Shown: piece by piece, positions 1-8,847 of the stretch | How positions within the stretch are numbered: the first letter of the stretch is position 1 | Layout: each line of letters opens with the position of its first letter | Assembly (NCBI GenBank): GCA_963735035.1 | Contig: CAVTJJ010000003.1 | Coordinates: 224,001 to 288,000 of the forward strand | Reading direction: 5' to 3' | DNA length: 64,000 bases | Source: an uncultured candidate division Zixibacteria bacterium | GTDB lineage: Bacteria; Zixibacteria; MSB-5A5; GN15; FEB-12 | Made by a program: the position numbers and the translations under genes | The notes under the pieces: generated by a model | What the model was told of the DNA's origin: nothing | Seen by the model: the letters and a program-made list of their open reading frames with translations, nothing else | Databases searched by the model: none

Positions 1-1
1 A

Positions 2-379
2 CTGCTCCGGAGTCAGCTCGTTGTAATCCTGGCCCGACCAGGTCTCGTTCCCCAGCCGGTGCCCCTGGTTTAACCACTCTCCCAGGATGTCGTACGAACC
101 TTCAATCTGCTCACCCATCACGAAACCGGTCGCTTTGACCGCGTGTTTCTTGAGAGCGTCCAGAATCGGACGGTTTATCGCCACCCGGTCAACGTCATCG
201 AAAGATCGGGCCGCGGGCAGTTCATCGAAAGTGATGCAGATCTGCTTTTGGGCCAGGGCGGCGCCAGGTGCCAGTAACGTTAAGAATCCGACAAGAGCCC
301 CGAGAATAGGCCCGAACCGAAGAAACAACCGCGCTGCAGAAATAGCTCCAAGTCTTTGTAATACAATACGTTGAGCCAT
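2..379 (-). CDS. Polysaccharide deacetylase (NodB/CE4-like) family protein, N-terminal part; runs off the window edge
   Basis: Not in the ORF track. Manual translation from ATG at 379: MAQRIVLQRLG...GAALAQKQICITFDELPAARSFDDVDRVAINRPILDALKKHAVKATGFVMGEQIEGSYDILGEWLNQGHRLGNETWSGQDYNELTPEQ. It has a signal-like hydrophobic segment and TFDE, LKKHxVKATxF and GHxLGN motifs. Confidence 0.8.
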   Translation of the reverse strand, partial: MAQRIVLQRLGAISAARLFLRFGPILGALVGFLTLLAPGAALAQKQICITFDELPAARSFDDVDRVAINRPILDALKKHAVKATGFVMGEQIEGSYDILGEWLNQGHRLGNETWSGQDYNELTPEQ

Positions 380-664
380 AGAAACATGCCTATCCATTAG
401 ATAAACAATCAGAAAGAAACCACCTTTAGACCTGAAACTGCATACGAAACGGTCAAAATCAACTAAAAGAAGCGTATGATAGCACCATGTGTCACAAGTT
501 CAATAATGCAACAAATTGTCACGCAACGCGTTACATAATAAGAGCGACCTGATTGGGGTTGTTTTGGGACAGTCCTTGATTTTGAGGATACTATTACGTA
601 TATTGACTGCCGCACGGAACGCGTAACACCTACTTGGATCTCAGATCCAAGGGAGGGTTTGGGA

Positions 665-1033
665 ATGGCTAGAAAAGTAATCCTTGCAGTAAACAACATG
701 ATTTTCACCTCCAAGATAATGTCTGTCCTGGACAATCTTGAGGCTGAAGGCATTAAGGCGATTCGGTCGGAAGATATCTTCTCCAAGGCGCAGGAGATTC
801 AACCCGACTTGATCATCATGGATCTTAATTTGAACGGCATCGAAGCGCCGTCGTTGATCAACAAGCTCCGGTCATACAAAGCCACTAAGCAGATTCCGAT
901 TGTCTGCTACTCGCCAACCGTGATGGCCGACCAGATGAACGCCGCGGTCAAAGCCGGGGCCACCGAAGTTCTGACCAACACGACTATGACCAGTCGAATG
1001 ACTCGAATCCTCGGCAAGTACATTCACAACTGA
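665..1033 (+). CDS. Stand-alone response regulator receiver domain (atypical)
   Basis: REC-like pattern (KVILAV..., PDLIIMDLNL, KQIPIVCYS, AVKAGATEVL). GGGAGG lies upstream of ATG 665. Confidence 0.75.
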   Translation: MARKVILAVNNMIFTSKIMSVLDNLEAEGIKAIRSEDIFSKAQEIQPDLIIMDLNLNGIEAPSLINKLRSYKATKQIPIVCYSPTVMADQMNAAVKAGATEVLTNTTMTSRMTRILGKYIHN

Positions 1034-1073
1034 CTGCCATCAACATAAGAGTTTGCCGGCCAGTAGCTTAAAG

Positions 1074-2622
1074 TCACTGGCCGGTTTGTTTTTCGGTCTG
1101 GGTCACGGCCAGGCGCGGGCGGTAGACATACGCGGCGAAATTGTCGTTGTGACGCGGGGTTGAGCAGATGCAGCGTCTGATCGTAATACGACGGCTCAAC
1201 CTTGAAAACCTGATCGAGCGGGCCAAACCTGATCGATAGAGAATCGAGATACCGGGGAAGCTCATCGTCCGACTTGGGATAGACCACGAAATAGTCGAGA
1301 CCGCTGGAGCTGGACCTGTCAACCGGCCATTTTGATAATTCCTCCCAGCTTCGGACATAGTCGTGTTGAATTCCCGGACCGCCATATTCTATCGGCACCC
1401 ATCTCTTGACTTCCGGCTGAAGGAACAGCACATGAGCGGTCGGGGCGTTCTTTTCGAACCAGAGGAGCGGCTCGATCATCCCCCGATGGCCATAGGCGAA
1501 AGTAAAGAAAGCCCCGAGCACGAGGTTTACTCCGACTGAGATCCAAAGCGTTGTCTTCAGCCATCGCGGAAATCGCACAGGCGTCCGGCTTTCGACATAC
1601 GACCAAATCGCCAGAGTCCCGAGCACGACAAATGCAGGAACGATCGGAAATATGAAACGCTCCTGCTGGTTGGAGTGCAGCGAATGGAATACGAGAAATG
1701 ATATCGAAGTCCAAAACAAGATCGTCTGTGTTCTTATGAAACTGGGCCGCAGGATCAGGAACGGAAGACAGAATGAGATCGGTGGCACCAGAAACAATAG
1801 TAAGAGCACTACATATAGCAGGGGAATGGTATGGTAGAGGGAGCCCAGTCCGGTATTCATAGTGAGGTTAGTGATGGTCGAGCCGCCGAATCTGCCCAGA
1901 AGGAGCAGGTCTGTGAAACCCGATGCCAGAAGCATGATTCCGATGGCGGCACAAAAGTGGATGGCGGGGCGAACGCGGCGGGTCCCCCACCAGAGCAGGA
2001 ACGGGATTGGTAAGATGGCAAAGGCGATCTGAAACCGAATCATCCAGGCCAAACCGGCCCATAGCCCGGCGAGATAGAGACCAGCCACGCGGCGGTCATC
2101 CATGAAGCGACAGAGATACCAGACCGCCATCAACCAGAGACTTCCCCCCACCGCTTCGATCAGATTCCGGACTCCGATAAACGGCAGAGCAAAATGTAGC
2201 GACATGATCAGTCCGGCCGCTACTGACCAGCGTACCGACTTCGTGGTCAATTGAACAATCTTGTAGGCTGCCCAGACCGGTAGAAGCGATATGAGAGCGT
2301 GGCTGCCGCGGATAACATACATCATGTCCGAAAAGGACGAAATCCCCACCCACTGGCAGGCCTTCATCTGGAACAGCAGAAACAGATTATAGAGGGGAAA
2401 CCGTCCGATCGTGTCGGACAGCTTCTGTTTCCAGCGCAGCCAACCGTCGGCCCCCCAAAGCCCGTCCTGGCACCAGCTCCAGGCCACCGAAAGGGTATCA
2501 AAATGGTCGTCTGAATGGATAAACCCCTGCGACCAGATCACAGCAGCGAGACGGACCAGTACTGCCGCAAACATGACTGTCAGCAAAGGATGGGACTTGA
2601 CGAAGTTCTTGAGCCTGTTCAT
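1074..2622 (-). CDS. Multi-pass membrane glycosyltransferase (GT-C fold, Alg9/PMT-like) with a +1 frameshift near the 3' end
   Basis: First loop has HSDDHF acidic motif, there are many TM segments and a QQERF motif. Removing one G from GGGG at 1156-1159 gives the end ...LLNPRHNDNFAAYVYRPRLAVTQTEKQTGQ* at 1074. Confidence 0.75.
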
Positions 2623-2799
2623 ATCGATGACCGTACGGCGGTCAAAGTAGCCGACTCCAAGGGCGGCGACAAGTACTAAAGCCGGACGATTTTCCGGGCT
2701 AGACGGCGCTAATCTGCGGGCGTGGTTGGCCGATATTATTACTTACCGGGATTTCGAAATGTCCCTGATCCTTTGACGCCGTTAACCAGGAGCTAAGGC

Positions 2800-3177
2800 A
2801 TGGCCAAAATACTGTTGGTAGATGATTCCAGGTTTCAGAGAAAGAACGTTTCGAAACTCTTGGTCGGAATGGGCCATGAGGTATCGGAAGCCGAGAATGG
2901 TGAAGTCGGTCTTCAGATGGTCGAATCGTTCAAACCGGACCTGATCATCACCGACCTGCTCATGCCGGTTATGGATGGGCTCAGCGTGCTTCTGGCTCTC
3001 AGGAAACGGGGCTGCAAAACGCCGGCCATCGTGGTCTCCGCCGACATCCAGGAATCCACGCGCCAGGAGTGTATGCAACTGGGGGCAAAGGCATTTCTTA
3101 CCAAGCCGGTCAACGCCGCCGATATCGAAGCCACATTGAAAGAAGTTGTGGCGGCGAGCCAAAGGGAGAGAGCTTGA
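2800..3177 (+). CDS. CheY-like response regulator
   Basis: KILLVDD, PDLIITDLLMPVMDG, VSAD and FLTKP motifs; AGGAG RBS. Confidence 0.9.
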   Translation: MAKILLVDDSRFQRKNVSKLLVGMGHEVSEAENGEVGLQMVESFKPDLIITDLLMPVMDGLSVLLALRKRGCKTPAIVVSADIQESTRQECMQLGAKAFLTKPVNAADIEATLKEVVAASQRERA

Positions 3178-3821
3178 TGCTGACCAATCTGCAGACCGAA
3201 CTGCTGACCGAGATTCTAAATGCGGGAGTCGGGCGGGCCGGTTCCGTCCTGAGCGATCTGGTAGGTTGCCGGGTACGAATGCAGGTGCCTATGGTCGGCG
3301 TCACGGAATTCAAAGACCTTCATGCCTGTCTCGAAATCGACAACAGCATAGAACTGGCCTCGGTCTGTCAGCAGTTTCACGGGTCCATGGACGGCTATGC
3401 CCTGCTGCTGTTGTCACGAGAAAACGGTAATTCGCTCACCCGACGTCTGGTCGGTGATGATATCGACCCTGAGACGATAGACACCGAGCGAAGTGAAGCG
3501 CTGGTGGAAGTCGGGAACATCCTGACCAACAGCGTACTCGGTACGATCTCGAATATTGTCGGCCACCGGTTTGACTACCAGGTACCGGTCTATCGTGAAG
3601 GCACTCTCCCGGAGATCATCGGCTATTCCTCCCATGCGGCCAGTTGCATAGTGCGCGACTCAAAAACTCTGTATGCCCGGGCTCATTTTGATTTCGATTC
3701 CGCCCGTGTCATCGGAAGCGTGCTTATCCTGCTGACCGAGGGATCATTCGATCACCTGATCGAGCTGATTGACAGTCTCCAAACGAACGCCCAACAACCA
3801 TCCCCGGCAACAGGGATCTGA
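3177..3821 (+). CDS. CheC-like phosphatase family protein
   Basis: Two ExxN motifs (TEILNAGVG, VEVGNILTN). TGATG overlap with the upstream response regulator places the start at 3177. Confidence 0.8.
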   Translation: MLTNLQTELLTEILNAGVGRAGSVLSDLVGCRVRMQVPMVGVTEFKDLHACLEIDNSIELASVCQQFHGSMDGYALLLLSRENGNSLTRRLVGDDIDPETIDTERSEALVEVGNILTNSVLGTISNIVGHRFDYQVPVYREGTLPEIIGYSSHAASCIVRDSKTLYARAHFDFDSARVIGSVLILLTEGSFDHLIELIDSLQTNAQQPSPATGI

Positions 3822-3829
3822 TACCCTGC

Positions 3830-5713
3830 TTACATACAAATCGGTAGACCCATCGACGGACCGGTGATGAACAGGTAGTCGATCAGGGTAGAAATATCTC
3901 CTATCGAAATATCGTCCACGGTCGGATCGAGCCCGCCTGACTGGTTGATATCGCCCTCGGCGAGGCAGGTAATGGGGACACCCGTCAGGAACAACATGTC
4001 TATCAGGACGGAGATATCGCCGATCGTGGGCTCATCTCCCCCTTCCCCGTTGGCATCGCCGACTCGCCCTATGCAACAAGTAGATGGGTGAACGATCCCC
4101 TCTTGCAACGTTGGTGTATACGTTGCGACCGGGCAGGCGAAATACGGATCATACGAGCCATAACCCTGGACGGCGATGTGCGTCGTGTCCGTGACTTCGG
4201 AATCGGCGGTGAAATAGAGCGCCACGACACCATCGTGACCAGGGGCCAGCAACGGAGACACTCCGGACACACTGGGTGTAAGCTGGATAGCGGCGTGCCG
4301 GAGAGTATTGTTGACATCGAGAAGCACCTGGGTGTCGAAATCGGCGCCTCTAAGACCGACTGTCGAGATCGAATCAAATCTCAGACCGTTTTCCGCCGAC
4401 CAGACCACGGGCAGGATCACTTCGGTCAAGGGAACATAATTGCTGAAACTGACGACCAGCCTGATCGAATTTCCCCGAACCGCCGAAGCGCTCGAAACCG
4501 TCACAGTATCATCATAGGCCCAGACCAGATCGGATCGGTAATCAGAGAAAGGGCCGTCGGGCGTAGCGATCTCGACACCCACTGAGTACATGCCAGGTCG
4601 TTCATAGGTGTGTGAGACATCGGCACTCGAGGCGGTCGACTCGTCGCCCAGGTTCCAATTCCAGTTGTTCACCTGTCGAAATGTCTGCGCGCCCAGTTGC
4701 ACCGCCAGAGGAGCCTTTCCGAAAACGGTGTCGCCCTGGATTAGAATGCCGCTCATCCAACCCGACAGGACATCGTCGAACCAGCACTGCATCCGCCCCC
4801 GCTGCTGCGTTGTAAACAGGCTGCGACAATCGCCGGGGGTATAACCCATATAGTTCTCGGGCTGAGTGTTGCCCCATGAGAGACCGCTGCAAGGATCCAT
4901 ATCAGAGGGACTGTCACAGCTGTACCAAATCGGAGTAGGCGGCGTGTCGGAGCAAAAGTCGCCGATCACGTTGCGATCGGGCGCGTTGACCGATTCATAG
5001 CATGAACCGCATGAGGTAACCTCGTTCACACCATGGAAAGTATGCCAGAGACCGAGACAATGCCCGACCTCGTGCGCAAACGTACTGAAATTTCCGCCCC
5101 AGTGAAAATGCCCCAGAACGATGCCCCCGGTAGGTTTCAGAGCGTCAGCCTCGAAAGGAAAAGTACCAAACGAATAACCAAACGTAACGTTGCCGACCCA
5201 GACGTTGAGAAAATGAGTCGGATCGACCGCCGAGAAATTCTTCATCGGATCGACTTCTTCTTCGCTGAGCAGGCGCCAGTCCGAATTGTTGACCTGATCG
5301 AATATGAAATCGAATTGGATCCGGCTGGGAGCATAGTGCTGATTGAGCCAATTTACCGCGTTCTGGGCCGCGGCCGCGTTGGTAAAGGCGGAACTGCCGT
5401 CGGAATTGGCCAACGAATGAATAGCGAGACGGATGCGGACGATCGGAGTGTTTTCATCAGGTGTCCAGGAATCGCGAACGGTCGGATCATCACATGGACC
5501 GTTTGTATAACATCCAGCCGCGGCTGAAACATCAATCCCCTCGCGCTGAAGTTGCAGTTCGTATCTCTTTTGAGTGCCGCACCAATTGAGACTATCGACG
5601 GCTGCTATTGATTCGGCCCTGGCCGGACCACCGTAGTTCAGCAGCCCAACAATCGTTGCAAGACTGGAAATGGCGAACATTTTCGAAAGTGGGGCCGATA
5701 ACAGACGAGTCAT
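3830..5713 (-). CDS. Secreted M43 (pappalysin/ulilysin-like) zinc metalloprotease with PKD, cohesin-like and C-terminal dockerin-like domains
   Basis: Signal peptide; propeptide CGT; HEVGHCLGLWHTF zinc motif; ENYMGY Met-turn; PKD (WNWNLGD...HTYERPGMYSV); terminal CCIGRVGDANGEGGDEPTIGD...GLPICM. Confidence 0.88.
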   Translation of the reverse strand: MTRLLSAPLSKMFAISSLATIVGLLNYGGPARAESIAAVDSLNWCGTQKRYELQLQREGIDVSAAAGCYTNGPCDDPTVRDSWTPDENTPIVRIRLAIHSLANSDGSSAFTNAAAAQNAVNWLNQHYAPSRIQFDFIFDQVNNSDWRLLSEEEVDPMKNFSAVDPTHFLNVWVGNVTFGYSFGTFPFEADALKPTGGIVLGHFHWGGNFSTFAHEVGHCLGLWHTFHGVNEVTSCGSCYESVNAPDRNVIGDFCSDTPPTPIWYSCDSPSDMDPCSGLSWGNTQPENYMGYTPGDCRSLFTTQQRGRMQCWFDDVLSGWMSGILIQGDTVFGKAPLAVQLGAQTFRQVNNWNWNLGDESTASSADVSHTYERPGMYSVGVEIATPDGPFSDYRSDLVWAYDDTVTVSSASAVRGNSIRLVVSFSNYVPLTEVILPVVWSAENGLRFDSISTVGLRGADFDTQVLLDVNNTLRHAAIQLTPSVSGVSPLLAPGHDGVVALYFTADSEVTDTTHIAVQGYGSYDPYFACPVATYTPTLQEGIVHPSTCCIGRVGDANGEGGDEPTIGDISVLIDMLFLTGVPITCLAEGDINQSGGLDPTVDDISIGDISTLIDYLFITGPSMGLPICM

Positions 5714-6055
5714 TTAGTGGTCTCCTGTCCGGGTGCGCATCTCCGACTCATCGCTAATCGGAATCTCACCGCTGACACAGTTTTGCGGCGTGGACCGGTC
5801 TCAGGTGCAACGAAGCCAGATGCGCAGAAACTCCGACCAGACTCAAGCCGCCAGGCAAGTATATGATTAAGAAACAGAAGTTTTGCGACATGTCAAGCAT
5901 GACCGGCGGCGATGCCTCATCCATCCCCGAACCCACGATCCGCGACCCTCGTTAATATATTGTGTTTCTTAGGGTTGCAGGTGTCAGCTTTCCGCCAAAA
6001 GTGCCGATAATCCAATTATGTTTTGTTCACCTTACGTCCGATAGAAGGAAGACAA

Positions 6056-8215
6056 ATGAGCTGGCTGGGGAATACAACAAGGCGAATCTTCTGGACGCTA
6101 TTAACGCTCACAACGTGTGTGGGGATAAAGACAGGGTACGCGCAGAGTACGAACGACGTTGCGGACCTTAGTCTTGACAGTCTCCTCGACAACGTTGTGG
6201 TTGCGGCCTCCAAACATGAGGAGACGTTGGAAGAATCGCCGGCTAATGTCTACATCGTAACGCAGGCGATGATCAGGAGCTATGGCTGCCAGACGATCAG
6301 TGAAGCTCTGGAGCTGGTACCAGGGCTCTGCGTCACAGACGATTATTCCCTGACCCAAATCGGCATCAGAGGTTTGTCCACTTTCGGAGACTGGAACAGT
6401 CATGTGATGATCCTTATTGATGGGCATCCGACCAACGAGCAGTATGGCGGCACCAGCAGCCTTGACGTCATCGGATTATCAATCGACAACGTCGAACGGA
6501 TTGAAGTCATCAAGGGGCCGGCGTCATCTCTTTACGGCTCCAACGCCTTCCTGGGCATTGTCAATCTGATCACCAAACGCTACGATGACAACACCGCTGA
6601 AGTATCGGGCAATTATTTGCCCGGTACCGACTCCAAACAAAGCAGTGTCGGTCTGTACCACAGATTTGATCGGGACTGGAGCTTGTATGTCAGCGGTTCA
6701 GTAACGGACCGCGGCGGCAGCGATCTTTTCTTCCCGGAATTCAGTGACCCCACCGATAGCACCTTATTCCATCTTAGTACCGAAGGGTACAACCAATACT
6801 ATCTCAGCACGGCGGATTTTACGGGTGGCTGGGCGCGTGAAAAGAACACCCAGAGAAATTTCTCCACACATAGCCGCCTTGGTTGGCGCAACTTCGGTCT
6901 CACGGCCCACTATGCCCAAACGAACACCGGGGTGGCGCACAGCATGTGGGGTTCCCTCTTCCAGAGCAAAGAAAACCGCTACTGGGAATCCCGGGGGTAT
7001 GTCGATCTCGACTATTCGAGTGCGATTTCGGAGCGGATCGGATTGTCGGCACGTCTATCCTACAACTCGTACAATTTTAGCGACTACATTCTCTACAATT
7101 ATGCTTCTCTCTCAGCCTCACCTGAGTATCTCCCGGGCCCACTCTGGAGAGACTACGAGTACGATCGCTCTGTCGGCGCTGAATTCCGCCTGGATTTTGA
7201 CTTCAGCAGGAATCATCGTCTGATCTTTGGCAGCGAGGCACAATTCCACGAAATCGGCCAGGAATCCGGCGCGACCCTGAGCGATCACGAACACATTGCC
7301 GAAGATGTCATACTTCCGGCGTTCCGCGAGAACGAAGGGAAGATCTATAATCTGTATCTGCAGGATGAATATCGTCTATCGAAGATCGCCAAGCTGGTCG
7401 GGGGAATGCACTTCAACTATTATACCTACACGACCGGTAGAGTGGCGCCCAAAGCGGCTTTGATACTGACGCCCTACGACCGGGGCAATTACAAGTTTAT
7501 CGCAAGCCAGGGATTTCGTTCTCCCTCATTTTATGAACTGACATTTGACGACGGCTATTTCTATCACCGCAATCCGGATCTGAAATCGGAACTGATTACC
7601 AGCTACGAAGTGATCGCCAGTCATCGCCTCAGCTACGGCGTTATCGTTGACGTTGGCGCGGTCACGAGCAAAATTACCGACATGATCCAACAGACGCAGG
7701 TGACAAGCGACGATCCGGCTCATCCGGGCGGGGCTTACGGTGAGGAAGTGTTCATGTTCCGCAATACTGGCCGCACCCGGGTTAACAACCTCGAATTGGC
7801 TGTCAGAACGAATGCTATGTATCGTTGGAGCGGATTTGCCAACATTACCTGGCAGGAAGTCGAAACGGAAGATGACGCCGGCATAGAGCAACCGGTCTTC
7901 AACTCACCACGCTGGCTGGCCAACTTTGCCGTGAGCTATCAGCTCATACAGGATCGACTGACACTGGCCACCAAGACGCTCTTTGTTTGGCGACGCCTGC
8001 TGTGGGACGGCACCTGGTCGAAAGAATATGGAGTCACCAATTTGATGGTGAAATCCAGTGACCTCATACATGGTCTGGAAGTCGGAGTCGGGGTAAAAAA
8101 TCTTTTCGACATAGCTTACCGGACTCCGCTCTCGTTTGACTATGCGCCGTCGACGACTATCGAGCAGCCCGGCCGATCAATCTATGTAACTGCGCAACTG
8201 ATCCGGGGTTGGTAG
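6056..8215 (+). CDS. TonB-dependent receptor
   Basis: LSLDSLLD..VVAASK; plug motifs (IGIRG, ILIDG, VERIEVIKGPASSLYGSNA); C-terminal KNLFD...PGRS. AGGAAG lies before ATG 6056. Confidence 0.9.
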   Translation: MSWLGNTTRRIFWTLLTLTTCVGIKTGYAQSTNDVADLSLDSLLDNVVVAASKHEETLEESPANVYIVTQAMIRSYGCQTISEALELVPGLCVTDDYSLTQIGIRGLSTFGDWNSHVMILIDGHPTNEQYGGTSSLDVIGLSIDNVERIEVIKGPASSLYGSNAFLGIVNLITKRYDDNTAEVSGNYLPGTDSKQSSVGLYHRFDRDWSLYVSGSVTDRGGSDLFFPEFSDPTDSTLFHLSTEGYNQYYLSTADFTGGWAREKNTQRNFSTHSRLGWRNFGLTAHYAQTNTGVAHSMWGSLFQSKENRYWESRGYVDLDYSSAISERIGLSARLSYNSYNFSDYILYNYASLSASPEYLPGPLWRDYEYDRSVGAEFRLDFDFSRNHRLIFGSEAQFHEIGQESGATLSDHEHIAEDVILPAFRENEGKIYNLYLQDEYRLSKIAKLVGGMHFNYYTYTTGRVAPKAALILTPYDRGNYKFIASQGFRSPSFYELTFDDGYFYHRNPDLKSELITSYEVIASHRLSYGVIVDVGAVTSKITDMIQQTQVTSDDPAHPGGAYGEEVFMFRNTGRTRVNNLELAVRTNAMYRWSGFANITWQEVETEDDAGIEQPVFNSPRWLANFAVSYQLIQDRLTLATKTLFVWRRLLWDGTWSKEYGVTNLMVKSSDLIHGLEVGVGVKNLFDIAYRTPLSFDYAPSTTIEQPGRSIYVTAQLIRGW

Positions 8216-8844
8216 GAAGTCGACGCCATGAAGACCACTATAGGACTACAGGAACACTTGCTGTGAGACGGGCATTGACAATAGTACTGTCCTGGTCTCT
8301 TCTATGGACCCATCCGGCCGGAGCGACCAGTCACACGGTTGCGCCGGAACTGGGAGTACCTTTGTTCCTAAAGATCCTCTCCTACGACCAGAGTTACAAA
8401 TTCGATGATAACAAGACCGTGGATCTCTATCTTTCGTATGACAAAGCCGAGCCGACATCTTATGAACAATTCCGCGCCACGCAGGCCTATTTTCAGAAGA
8501 ATCCAGATGTCACAGTCTTCGGCGCCAGGGTTCGATTCCTGCCGGTTTGTTATGACAGCACCGAGCTTGTACTCCGCCAGATAAACCAGGAACATTACAA
8601 CATCATGATTCTTACTTCGATGGAAGATGACAAGATACGCCAGTATCTCAAGGACGAGCAAGGTCGCGGTATTCGAACATACACCTTCGATCCGGATCTG
8701 ATAAGTCTGGGTGTTGCCGTAGGTATCCAGACAGTCAAGGGGAAGACTGCGATCGTGGTGAATCTGGCCAAGGCTGAAGACGAAGGGACGCACTTCGGCG
8801 CCCAGTTTCTAAGAATCTGCGAAGTAATCGAGGAGAAGCCGTAA
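8209..8844 (+). CDS. YfiR/DUF4154-like periplasmic protein (start uncertain, possibly GTG 8263)
   Basis: Signal-like segment and C-terminal GVAVGI...IVVNLAKAEDEGTHFGAQFLRI pattern. It sits between a TonB receptor and a HAMP kinase. Confidence 0.7.
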   Translation: MVGSRRHEDHYRTTGTLAVRRALTIVLSWSLLWTHPAGATSHTVAPELGVPLFLKILSYDQSYKFDDNKTVDLYLSYDKAEPTSYEQFRATQAYFQKNPDVTVFGARVRFLPVCYDSTELVLRQINQEHYNIMILTSMEDDKIRQYLKDEQGRGIRTYTFDPDLISLGVAVGIQTVKGKTAIVVNLAKAEDEGTHFGAQFLRICEVIEEKP

Positions 8845-8847
8845 GAC

